From contig CAWDXG010000004.1 of the NCBI GenBank assembly GCA_963806225.1, positions 960,001 through 1,024,000 of the forward strand: DNA of 64,000 bases. The letters run 5' to 3'. The position numbers and the translations under genes were made by a program. The notes below the pieces were generated by a model that saw only the letters and a program-made list of their open reading frames with translations, was not told where the DNA came from and did not search any database. This document shows, one piece after another, positions 26,623 through 35,400 of this stretch. This stretch comes from an uncultured delta proteobacterium (GTDB taxonomy: Bacteria > Myxococcota_A > Polyangia > Polyangiales > Polyangiaceae). The stretch's first letter is position 1. Each line of letters opens with the position of its first letter.

Positions 26623-26930
26623 TTGCCGCCCCTTCCCGAAGGCTCCCGCGGAAGCCCGCTGCATTGTTCCACTGTCATCATTCAATCCCGACAACGCAAG
26701 GGGGCTCCCGTCACGCGCACCGGGACTTGACGGAATTCAACGAGCCCGGACGGCGACGGATCGCCAGGCTCGCCGTGACAGCCGGAGGGACGCGGGCCTC
26801 GACGGGATCGTGGCCGGAGCGAGCTCACGCTTCATCCCCCTACGGAAACATCAAGACTCAAGCGATGCGAGCCGGAAGGCGCCCCTCTTGCATCCCCTCC
26901 CCCCCGGTCCAACCCTGATCGGAAGGCCGC

Positions 26931-28736
26931 ATGAGCACCGATCCGTTCCGTACCGCGATCTCGAAGCACATCTGGAACACCCGCTATCGCGCCGAGGGGG
27001 AGACGCGCATCGAGGGCAGCTGGCGGCGCGTGGCGAAGGCGCTTGCGGCAGTGGAGAAGGAGCCGGCAGCGCACGAGGGGGCGTTCTATTCGGCGCTCGC
27101 GGGCTTCCGGTTCCTGCCGGGGGGGCGCATCCAGGCCGGTGCCGGCACATCGCGGCGGGTCACGCTGTTCAACTGCTTCGTGATGGGCGTGATCGAGGAT
27201 TCCATGGACGGGATTTTCGACGGGCTGAAGGAAGGCGCGCTCACGATGCAGCAGGGCGGCGGCGTCGGCTACGACTTTTCCACGCTCCGGGCGCGCGGGG
27301 CGCAGTCGCGAAGCGTGGGCACGATCGCGTCGGGGCCGATCCCATTCATGCGCATCTGGGACAGCATGTGCGCGACGGTGCTGTCCACGGGCGCGCGCCG
27401 CGGCGCGATGATGGCGACGCTGCGCTGCGATCACCCGGACGTCGAGGAGTTCATCTCCGCCAAGCAGGACGAGCGGGAGCTCCGGCACTTCAACCTCTCG
27501 GTGCAGGTGTCCGACGAGTTCATGCAGGCGCTGGCCGAGGAGCGCGACTGGGAGCTGGTGTTTCCCGAGGCGTCGCTCGACCGCGACGGCAGGCAGCACG
27601 AGACGCGGCTCCGGCACTGGACCGGCAGCGACGGGCCGGTGCGCTGCCGCGTGATCCGCAAGGTGCCGGCGCGGCGGCTGTGGGAGCGCATCATGCGCGC
27701 AACGTACGACTACGCCGAGCCCGGCGTGCTGTTCATGGACCACATCAACGCGGCGAACAACCTCTACTACCGCGAGCACATCACCGCGACGAATCCCTGC
27801 GGCGAGATCCCGCTGCCGCCCTACGGCGCCTGCGACCTGGGCTCGCTGAACCTCCCGCTGTTCGTGCGCGATGCGTTCGGCGCCGGCGCCGCGCTCGACT
27901 TCGACGCGCTGGAGCAGGCGACGGCCGTCGCCGTGCGCATGATGGACGACGCCATCGACGCCTCGCACTTTCCCCTCCCCGCGCAGCGCGAGCAGGCGCG
28001 CGGCACGCGGCGCATCGGCCTGGGCTTCACCGGTCTCGGCGACGCGCTGATCCTGCTCGGCTTGAACTATGGCGGTGAGGCCGCCCGCGATCTCGCCGGC
28101 GAGGCGATGCGTCGCGTCTGCCACGCCGCCTACCGGGCCTCCATCGAGCTGGCCAGGGAGAAAGGCGCGTTCCCGTTCTTCGACCGCGAGCGCTACCTGG
28201 AGAGCGCGTTCATCAGGACGCTGCCCGACGACATCCGCGACGGCATCGCCCGGCACGGCATCCGCAACAGCCATCTATGCGCCATCGCGCCCACCGGCAC
28301 CATCAGCCTGCTCGCGAACAACGTCTCGAGCGGCATCGAGCCGGTGTACGCCTTCTCGCTACGGCGCCGCGTCACCGATCTGGACGGATCGACGCGGGAG
28401 CATTCGCTCACGGACTTCGCGCTGGCGCTCTGGCGCGAACACAACGGCGCTGGGGCGCGGCTGCCGGGCAGCTTCGTGGATGCCGCGGCGCTCGACCCGA
28501 CCCAGCACCTGGAAATGCAGGCCGCGCTGCAGCCCTGGGTCGACAACTCGATCTCGAAGACGATCAACGTGCCGCGGAAATACGACTTCAGCGCCTTCGA
28601 GCGCATCTACGAGCGCGCCTACCAGATGGGGCTCAAGGGCTGCACGACCTTCCGGCCCAATCCGGTCACCGGCGCCGTGCTGGAGGACGAACGACCGCGG
28701 GTGCACTGCTGCACGCCGGAACGCGAAGCGGACTAG
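26931..28736 (+). CDS. nrdJ: Second, compact class II ribonucleotide reductase
   Basis: FLPGGRI, TLFNCFV, GGGVGYDFS, RRGAMM, TNPCGEIPL..YGACDLGSLN, APTGTIS, DNSISKTIN, GLKGCTTFR, C-terminal CC; no beta-subunit gene adjacent. Confidence 0.92.
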   Translation: MSTDPFRTAISKHIWNTRYRAEGETRIEGSWRRVAKALAAVEKEPAAHEGAFYSALAGFRFLPGGRIQAGAGTSRRVTLFNCFVMGVIEDSMDGIFDGLKEGALTMQQGGGVGYDFSTLRARGAQSRSVGTIASGPIPFMRIWDSMCATVLSTGARRGAMMATLRCDHPDVEEFISAKQDERELRHFNLSVQVSDEFMQALAEERDWELVFPEASLDRDGRQHETRLRHWTGSDGPVRCRVIRKVPARRLWERIMRATYDYAEPGVLFMDHINAANNLYYREHITATNPCGEIPLPPYGACDLGSLNLPLFVRDAFGAGAALDFDALEQATAVAVRMMDDAIDASHFPLPAQREQARGTRRIGLGFTGLGDALILLGLNYGGEAARDLAGEAMRRVCHAAYRASIELAREKGAFPFFDRERYLESAFIRTLPDDIRDGIARHGIRNSHLCAIAPTGTISLLANNVSSGIEPVYAFSLRRRVTDLDGSTREHSLTDFALALWREHNGAGARLPGSFVDAAALDPTQHLEMQAALQPWVDNSISKTINVPRKYDFSAFERIYERAYQMGLKGCTTFRPNPVTGAVLEDERPRVHCCTPEREAD

Positions 28737-28794
28737 CGCAACGATTCAACCGAATCGACAGAGCCGCACCCCGGCGCCGCTTTCGCTCGCGCTC

Positions 28795-28968
28795 TCAGCG
28801 GAACGACTCGAACCAGAATGCCGCGACGATCGCGAGCACGACCACCGCGCCGAGCAGGAGCCAGAGCATCTCGCTCCTCGAAGCGCCCAGCCGGTGTTTC
28901 TTCGGGATACCGCTTTCCCGATCGCCTTCGTCCAGGTCGTCGAACCTCTTTGCCGTCCTGGTCGCCAT
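28795..28968 (-). CDS. 57-aa single-pass membrane protein (absent from the ORF track)
   Basis: GGAGGA RBS; MATRTAKRFDDLDEGDRESGIPKKHRLGASRSEMLWLLLGAVVVLAIVAAFWFESFR. Confidence 0.7.
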   Translation of the reverse strand: MATRTAKRFDDLDEGDRESGIPKKHRLGASRSEMLWLLLGAVVVLAIVAAFWFESFR

Positions 28969-29030
28969 ACGTCCTCCGTTCGACCTAACCTATGCATGCG
29001 CCGTGCCGGGACCTGGACGGCGAGCGGGCT

Positions 29031-30464
29031 TCAGCCCTTGACGCACACCAGCGGTTCCAGACGCGCGACCTTGCGGGCAAGTCCGGCGCGATGCGCGACG
29101 TCCACCACGGCGCGCACGTCCTTGTAGGCGCCCGGCGCCTCTTCCGCGACGCCGCGCATGCTGGGGCTGCGTAGAAGAATGCCACGCTCCGCGAGCTCGC
29201 GGACCAATAGCTCGCCACGCCACTGGCGTCTGGCCTGGTGGCGGCTCATACGCCTCCCGGCGCCGTGACAGGCCGAGCCGAAGGCGAGCGCCATGCTGTC
29301 GCGCGTGCCGGTGAGCACCCAGGACTCGGTGCCCATGCTGCCGCCGATCAGCACCGGCTGCCCCACTTCGCGCAGATCCGACGGCAGCTCGGGGTGACCG
29401 GGACCGAAGGCGCGCGTCGCGCCCTTGCGGTGCACGAAGAGCGTGCGCCGTTCGCCCTCGACCACGTGCTCCTCCTCGCGGCAGGTGTTGTGCGACACGT
29501 CGTAGACGAGTCGCAGCTCCGCGGCGGGCAGCACGTCGGCGAACACCTGGCGCGTGAGGTGCGTGAGGATCTGGCGGTTGGCCAGAGCACAGTGGATGCC
29601 GGCGCGCATGGCGCCGAGATAGCGCCGGCCGAGATCGGATTGCAGCGGCGCGCAGGCTAGCTCGCGGTCGGGCAGAACGAGGCCGAAATGGTGTGCCTGC
29701 ATCGCCATCTCGCGCAGGTAGTCGGTGCCGATCTGGTGGCCGAGCCCGCGCGAACCGCAGTGGATGCTGACGACGACGTCGCCCTCGGCGAAGCCGAGCG
29801 CCGCCGCGGCGGCCTTGTCCACCACGCTCGCAACGCGCTGCACCTCCAGATAGTGGTTGCCGGAGCCTAGCGTGCCCATCTCGTCGCTCTGGCGGTGGCG
29901 CGCGCGCTCGGACACGCAGTCCGGCCGCGCGCCGTCGACGCAGCCGTGCCCCTCGATGCGCTCGAGATCCTCGCGAGTGCCGTAGCCCTGTCCGACGGCC
30001 CAGACGGCGCCGCCCGAGAGCATCGCGTCGATTTCCTGCTCGTCGAGCCGGATGCGCCCGCGGCTGCCGACTCCTGCGGGAATGCGCTGGTAGAGAGCGT
30101 CGGCGAGCAGCTCGCGCGTCGCCGGGTCGAGTTCGTCGACGGAGAGTCCGGTCGACAGACAGCGCACGCCACACGAGATGTCGAAGCCCACGCCGCCCGC
30201 CGACACCACACCTCCGGCCTCCGCGTCGAACGCCGCCACGCCGCCGATCGGGAAGCCGTAGCCCCAGTGCCCGTCCGGCATCACGCTGACATTTCCGACC
30301 ACACCCGGCAGCGCCGACACGTTGACAGCTTGCTCGAGCACCTTGTCGTCCATGTCGCCGATGAGCGCTTCGTCCGCGTAGATCACCACCGGCGCGTGCA
30401 TGCCGCGCAGCGGCTCCAGCCGCCACTCGAGCTCCGAGGTGCGTGTCAGCTTCCGGGTGTCCAT
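29031..30464 (-). CDS. rtcB: RtcB RNA ligase (archaeal/eukaryote-like long type)
   Basis: [63 protein letters not shown]. Confidence 0.95.
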   Translation of the reverse strand: MDTRKLTRTSELEWRLEPLRGMHAPVVIYADEALIGDMDDKVLEQAVNVSALPGVVGNVSVMPDGHWGYGFPIGGVAAFDAEAGGVVSAGGVGFDISCGVRCLSTGLSVDELDPATRELLADALYQRIPAGVGSRGRIRLDEQEIDAMLSGGAVWAVGQGYGTREDLERIEGHGCVDGARPDCVSERARHRQSDEMGTLGSGNHYLEVQRVASVVDKAAAAALGFAEGDVVVSIHCGSRGLGHQIGTDYLREMAMQAHHFGLVLPDRELACAPLQSDLGRRYLGAMRAGIHCALANRQILTHLTRQVFADVLPAAELRLVYDVSHNTCREEEHVVEGERRTLFVHRKGATRAFGPGHPELPSDLREVGQPVLIGGSMGTESWVLTGTRDSMALAFGSACHGAGRRMSRHQARRQWRGELLVRELAERGILLRSPSMRGVAEEAPGAYKDVRAVVDVAHRAGLARKVARLEPLVCVKG

Positions 30465-30904
30465 TCCCTGCCCTTCCTCGACACGTCCACCACGCACTCG
30501 GCGACCCAGCCCCCGCCTTCGCGCCGAACCGAAAGGCCCGTCAACGTCGCTCCCTTGACCTCGACCGCCGGCTGGTGCCGTGCGCGATCGACGGGCTCGC
30601 CCCAGGCCGTCGCCTCGAGCCGTCCGTCCGCGATCTCCACGTCGAAGCGCCCGAAGAGCAGATGCCGCGTTGCCATCTCGTAGACGAGGGCGTCCAGCCA
30701 ATCGAAAAAGAGCAGATCCGGATCCGGGTTGTCGCATGCGATCGCGACGGCCTCACGCGAGTCGACCAACACCGGATCGGTCACCACCGCCGTCAGCGCC
30801 AGCGCGGCCTGCCGGAACGCGGCGGGCAGCGTGGGCCCGACGCCCCGCACGCCGATGTCGGCCTGGTGCTCGAAATGCTCCCAACTTCCCTCCACTGCTT
30901 CCAA
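30446..30904 (-). CDS. Archease (RtcB activator)
   Basis: [28 protein letters not shown]; directly upstream of rtcB; the short tail after VDV may be an insertion error. Confidence 0.9.
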   Translation of the reverse strand: MEAVEGSWEHFEHQADIGVRGVGPTLPAAFRQAALALTAVVTDPVLVDSREAVAIACDNPDPDLLFFDWLDALVYEMATRHLLFGRFDVEIADGRLEATAWGEPVDRARHQPAVEVKGATLTGLSVRREGGGWVAECVVDVSRKGREWTPGS

Positions 30905-31141
30905 ACATGGGGCCCGGAGGGCACAAAGAACAGCCATTGTGGTCCGCCCGTCGAGCGAGGCCTGGGTGCGCGCAGTCGCTGCCGTGGCCGCCATGCCGCA
31001 CGTCAGCTTTGCGCGCCCTGCCGGCCGGCAGGGCGGGAGCGCGGTTCGACGCCCCGGGCGCGGGTTATGCACCTCGTGTTTCAGGATCGTCGTCGCTGGT
31101 CTAGAGTCGTGTCGCGGTCCGGATCAGGAGATGTGAGCGGG

Positions 31142-31849
31142 ATGCCGGCAAAGGGCAGGGCTTTGTTGCTTGTGGGGCTGCTCGCCTCGCCCGCCGCCGC
31201 CTCGCCGCCCGCCGTCTGGCATGCTCGCCCCGGCACTACCGCCACACCCGGCGACAGTGCGGGGCACCAGAGCACACCCGCGCCGCGCGACAACACGCTC
31301 GCCGGGCGCGTCCTGATCTCCGGCTCGGCGGCTCTGTTCGTGCCCACCGGCCACCTGGACGAGTCGACCCACCAGCGCGAAAGGATGGGCGCGGGACCCG
31401 GGTTTGCGCTCGATCTCGGCTTCGGTGTCGCCGGCAACCTGGTGGTGGGGGCGTGGGGCCAGTACGCGTTCGTCGGCCCCGGCACCGGGTGTCACGACTG
31501 CGCCACCAGCACGATCGCGGCGGGTGGCTTCGCCGCCTACCACCTCCGGGCGAACGGCTCGTTCGATCCCTGGGCAAGCGCCGGGCTCGGCTACCGGACC
31601 ACTTCGATCGGGAAAGGCGTCGTGGCTCCGACCACCGCGTACTCGGGGTTCGAGTGGCTGCGCGTGCGGCTCGGCGCCGACTGGTACGCGCTCGACAAGG
31701 TCGGCTTCGGCGGCTTCGTCGAGCTCGACGGCGGAACGTACACCCGGAAGACCGAAGGCTCGCTCACGAATCCGGACTTCACCAACAGCGCGCCGCACTG
31801 GGCGCTGCTCGCAGGAGCCAGCGTCGCGTTCGACAGCTTCGGTCGCTAG
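31142..31849 (+). CDS. Probable outer-membrane beta-barrel protein
   Basis: Signal peptide; alternating aromatic/Gly strands; FDPWASAGLGY; ends near VAFD. Confidence 0.7.
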   Translation: MPAKGRALLLVGLLASPAAASPPAVWHARPGTTATPGDSAGHQSTPAPRDNTLAGRVLISGSAALFVPTGHLDESTHQRERMGAGPGFALDLGFGVAGNLVVGAWGQYAFVGPGTGCHDCATSTIAAGGFAAYHLRANGSFDPWASAGLGYRTTSIGKGVVAPTTAYSGFEWLRVRLGADWYALDKVGFGGFVELDGGTYTRKTEGSLTNPDFTNSAPHWALLAGASVAFDSFGR

Positions 31850-32027
31850 GTATCGAGAGCGGCCGGCGTGCCGCACTCTTGCACATTGAACGTGGCGCGG
31901 GCCCGACCCGCGTGTCATGTTGAAGGTAGTGATCGGGATGAACCCTGTACTCGTCGCGGTGCCCTTGCCGGTGCGACGACGCACCGCGGGGCGAAGCCCG
32001 GCCTGCGAAACGGGGAGGGCGACCTAG

Positions 32028-32666
32028 ATGCCCAGCATCGTCGCCTGGCTGCTGCTTCACGGTTCCTACGGCGCTGTCCTGCTGCTGCTCCTGTCCGGCG
32101 GGCTCGGGTTGCCCGTCCCCGAGGACGGGATACTGCTCGCCTCCGGCGCGCTCGTCGCAACCGGCAGCATGGCCTGGCTGCCGACGGCGATCGTGTGCGC
32201 GCTCGGCGTGCTCGGTGCGGACTCGCTGATGTACCTTGTCGGGCGGCGGCTCGGCCCGCACGCGCTAAAGCGGCTGTCACCGGCGCGCCGCGAGCGCGTC
32301 GAGCGGCTGTTCCAGCGCCACGGCCTGAAGCTGGTGCCCGCTGCGCGCTTCATCACGTTGCTCCGGTTTCCGGTCTTCATGCTGAGCGGCGCGCATCGCC
32401 TGCCGTACAAGCGCTTCCTCGCCTACGACGCGCTCGGCCTGGCCGGGTCGGCGACGCTCATGCTCGGCCTGGGCCACGCTTTCGCCAGCCGCCTGCCGAC
32501 GCTCATCGCGTGGCTGTCCCAGTTCCGCAGCTACGCCCTGGTCGGCGCGGGTGCGCTCGTCGCCGCGACCGCCACAATCGCGCTGCTGCGGGCCCGCCGC
32601 ACCCGCAATACCCCGGTTCAGCCGGTCAGCACGCGCACCCCGAGCCTGGTGCCTCCGGCCGAGTAG
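32028..32666 (+). CDS. DedA family membrane protein
   Basis: GLGLPVPEDGILLASG, LGADSLMYLVGR, ARFITLLR, FLAYD. Confidence 0.88.
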   Translation: MPSIVAWLLLHGSYGAVLLLLLSGGLGLPVPEDGILLASGALVATGSMAWLPTAIVCALGVLGADSLMYLVGRRLGPHALKRLSPARRERVERLFQRHGLKLVPAARFITLLRFPVFMLSGAHRLPYKRFLAYDALGLAGSATLMLGLGHAFASRLPTLIAWLSQFRSYALVGAGALVAATATIALLRARRTRNTPVQPVSTRTPSLVPPAE

Positions 32667-32761
32667 CCCGGCGGAGCCGGCAGTCGGCCCCCCGCGCCCC
32701 AGGGCCTCCGCGTGCGGTTCGGGTTGCCGACCCGCGATCATTGATGTACGACCCGCCGACC

Positions 32762-32902
32762 ATGGGAACCCCGCAGGATCCTCGTACCCGTCGCCGCCAG
32801 CGCATCCGCCGCGCCAAGAAGAACATGGAGTGGGAGCTGAAGCGCGCCCACGAGAACGCCGAGGCCGCCAAGCCCAAGGCGCCGCCCAAGACCGCGACCT
32901 GA
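32762..32902 (+). CDS. 46-aa basic small protein
   Basis: MGTPQDPRTRRRQRIRRAKKNMEWELKRAHENAEAAKPKAPPKTAT; strongly GC3-biased codons. Confidence 0.6.
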   Translation: MGTPQDPRTRRRQRIRRAKKNMEWELKRAHENAEAAKPKAPPKTAT

Positions 32903-32945
32903 ACGCGCCGCACCGTCCCGCAGCGTGCGACCGGGTGCGGCGAGC

Positions 32946-34181
32946 TCACGAGAGGCTGGCCAGGACCGCGAGCAGGTGCTCGCCCAGCCAGTCCGCGCCC
33001 TGCTCGTTGACGTGCGCGTCGCTGAAGATCGCCCAGTCCGGATGGATACAGGGCGCGCCGTCCGGGTCGTACGTGCGCTGCCCCGCAGCGTTGACGCTCT
33101 CCCAGTAGGCGAGGTCGAACAGCCTTCCAGCGTAGCTCTGCCGGATGCGCTGGTTCCACTGCTCGTAGTAGACGTTGCCCCAGTAGGCGTCGCAGTTGTG
33201 GATGGGGAGGGTCGCCTGCACGAACAGCGTGCCGGGATACTTCGCCTCGAGCGCGTCCATCGTGGGCTTGTACACGGTGGAAAACCACGTCGCCTGCGAC
33301 GTGCCGTTGGTCCCGGACACGCTGCCGTCGCCCGCGTCGATGTCCGGAGTGCCCAGCTTGAACACGACGATGTCCATCGCGCCGCCCAGCCCGCCGCGGA
33401 TGTACTGGTCGAACAGCGCGAGCTTGGTGGTCGGATCGCCGTTGTACTGGCCGTGCGACCACTCACCGACGTGGCCCACGCTGATCGCGCCCGCCGTGTG
33501 CACGTTGGTCGCGACGGAAGTGCCCGAGCCGGGGTTGTCGGCGGCGATCTTGATCAGGCCCCAGCTGGGGTCGGGCCAGGCGCCGATCCCCTGGTAGACG
33601 CCCACTGCTTCGCCGCCCACCGACGCATGCTGGAAGTAGATGCGCTTGCCCGACAGCGCGCCGAGTCGCGCGAAGTCGCTGGCGGGAGCCGTGGCATCGC
33701 TCGCGTCAGGCGTCTTGCTCGCGCCGGGCGTCTTGCTCGCGTCGGGCGTCTTGCTCGCGTCGGGCGTCTTGCTCGCGTCGGGCGTCTTGCTCGCGTCGGG
33801 CGTCTTGCTCGCGTCGGGCGTCTTGCTCGCGTCGGGCGTCTTGCTCGCGTCGGGCGCCTTGCTCGCGTCGGGCGCCTTGCTCGCGTCAGGTGTCTTGCTC
33901 GCGTCGGGCGTCTTGCTCGCGTCGGGCGTCTTGCTCGCGTCGGGCGTCTTGCTCGCGTCGGGCGTCTTGCTCGCGTCAGGTGTCTTGCTCGCGTCGGTTG
34001 CGTCGGTCGCCGTCGCATCCGGTACGCGGCCCGAGTCGCTGCTGCCGGCGCCGCTCGCGCCACCTTCCCCTCCCGCGTCGACTGGGACAGGAGATGTCGA
34101 GCCCGCTTCACACGCCGAGAGCCCCGCGCACAACACCGCCAGCAGCAGCCACCGCGCGCGAACCGGAAACGAAACGAGCAT
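32946..34181 (-). CDS. Lipoprotein with (KTPDAS)n stalk and SGNH-hydrolase-like domain
   Basis: Lipobox LSAC; IYFQHASVGG and SDAHVNEQG motifs; GAGGGGAGG RBS. Confidence 0.75.
   Translation of the reverse strand: MLVSFPVRARWLLLAVLCAGLSACEAGSTSPVPVDAGGEGGASGAGSSDSGRVPDATATDATDASKTPDASKTPDASKTPDASKTPDASKTPDASKTPDASKAPDASKAPDASKTPDASKTPDASKTPDASKTPDASKTPDASKTPDASKTPGASKTPDASDATAPASDFARLGALSGKRIYFQHASVGGEAVGVYQGIGAWPDPSWGLIKIAADNPGSGTSVATNVHTAGAISVGHVGEWSHGQYNGDPTTKLALFDQYIRGGLGGAMDIVVFKLGTPDIDAGDGSVSGTNGTSQATWFSTVYKPTMDALEAKYPGTLFVQATLPIHNCDAYWGNVYYEQWNQRIRQSYAGRLFDLAYWESVNAAGQRTYDPDGAPCIHPDWAIFSDAHVNEQGADWLGEHLLAVLASLS
33699..33995. repeat. 18-bp tandem repeat, 16 full units plus a partial unit
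   Basis: Unit GCTCGCGTCGGGCGTCTT with few substitutions; encodes KTPDAS on the minus strand. Confidence 0.97.
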
Positions 34182-34209
34182 GTGCGCAACCCTCCCCTCG
34201 TTCCATGCG

Positions 34210-34225
34210 AGCAAGCGGCATGCCA
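34210..34225 (-). promoter_or_regulatory. Sigma-54 (-24/-12) promoter
   Basis: Minus strand TGGCATGCCGCTTGCT (GG-N10-GC), about 30 nt upstream of the lipoprotein start. Confidence 0.7.
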
Positions 34226-34410
34226 GGCGTGCTTGCTACTCGCGCGCAGGCGGGCCGTTACGAACGGCGCACCAGGAAACAGCGTGAAAGCCCCTGGTCT
34301 GCAACGCTGCGATTCCTATTGTATGAAAAAGGAGTTTTGCCGATCGAGAAGGCCGCGCGGCGGCCAGCGGAGAGGCCCCTCCGGTACCCCGCGGCACAGC
34401 CGCGCGCTGT

Positions 34411-35400
34411 TCAGTGGCCTTCGGCGTACGACGGGCGTTCGGCGGCGACGGCTTCGACGCCGGTGGCTCCGCCTTCGATAGCCGTGGTGAAACGCGCGAG
34501 CAGCACGTCGCGACCGCCAGCAAGCTCGACGCCGACCTCGCCGTAGCGCTGCATGAACAGCCTGAGCGCCCAGGTCGCGGCGGAGCGCGTTCGGCGCGCG
34601 CCGAGCGCGTGGCCAGCGTCGAGGTGCGCGCGGTGATTGTCGATGGCCTCGATGAGCTCTTCAATGCCGGACGCGCTGGGCGCGCTGGTGGAGACGATGG
34701 GCGGGCGCCACGCGGCTGCGCCGCCGGTGTGGATGGCGTCGAGCGCGGCGACCAGCTCCGAGCGCGCGCGATCGGCGACGGCGCCGAGATCGGACTTGTT
34801 CACGACGAACACGTCGGGGATCTCGAGAATGCCGGCTTTGAGGAACTGCAGCATGTCGCCCGACGCGGGCTGGATCACGAGCACGACGGTGTCGGCGACG
34901 TGCTCCACGTCGGTCTCGCTCTGGCCGACGCCGGTGGTTTCCACCACGACCAGATCGTAGGCGGCGGCGAGCACCTCGACGGCAGCGCCGGCCGCGCGCG
35001 AGAGGCCGCCCAGATCGCCGCCCGACGCCATGGAGCGGACGAACAGGCCCGTGTCGTCGGGGTCGATGGCGATGCGGGCGCGATCGCCGAGCAGGGCTCC
35101 GCCGCTCCTGGGGCTGGACGGATCGACGGCGAGCACGCCGACCGTGCGTCCCTGCTCGCGCGCGACGCGGCACAGGGCGGACAGCAGCGAGCTCTTGCCG
35201 GCGCCGGGCGGCCCCGTCAGCCCGACGCGCTCGCCCCGTGAGGCCTTTCCGACGTGGCGGAGCGCCCGCAACAGCTCGACGCTCTGCTGCTCCGCGCCAG
35301 GGCGGCGATCCTCGACCAGCGAGATGGCGCGCGCGACGGCCGCAGGCTCGGCGGCCTCGACACGGCGCGCGAGCTCGACCACGTCGAGCAGCGGCTTCAT
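34411..35400 (-). CDS. meaB: MeaB GTPase chaperone for B12 mutases
   Basis: GLTGPPGAGKSS, AVDPSS, GALLGDR, VETTGVGQSE, KAGILEI, VNKSD. Confidence 0.93.
   Translation of the reverse strand: MKPLLDVVELARRVEAAEPAAVARAISLVEDRRPGAEQQSVELLRALRHVGKASRGERVGLTGPPGAGKSSLLSALCRVAREQGRTVGVLAVDPSSPRSGGALLGDRARIAIDPDDTGLFVRSMASGGDLGGLSRAAGAAVEVLAAAYDLVVVETTGVGQSETDVEHVADTVVLVIQPASGDMLQFLKAGILEIPDVFVVNKSDLGAVADRARSELVAALDAIHTGGAAAWRPPIVSTSAPSASGIEELIEAIDNHRAHLDAGHALGARRTRSAATWALRLFMQRYGEVGVELAGGRDVLLARFTTAIEGGATGVEAVAAERPSYAEGH

Noticed and set aside
26700..26930. Cobalamin riboswitch or NrdR box upstream of the second nrdJ
   Set aside because: No B12-box or NrdR consensus recognisable by eye
31938..32027. 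29-codon ORF in frame with and abutting dedA (TAG-ATG)
   Set aside because: Weak RBS, atypical codons, and dedA has its own strong RBS; no support for a leader peptide or readthrough
33699..33995. Possible CRISPR array
   Set aside because: Contiguous 18-bp units with no spacers, in frame within a protein, and no cas genes
25356..34400. Integrative island at tRNA-Pro
   Set aside because: No integrase and no duplicated tRNA 3' end seen; the region is accessory-like but has no mobile-element hallmarks
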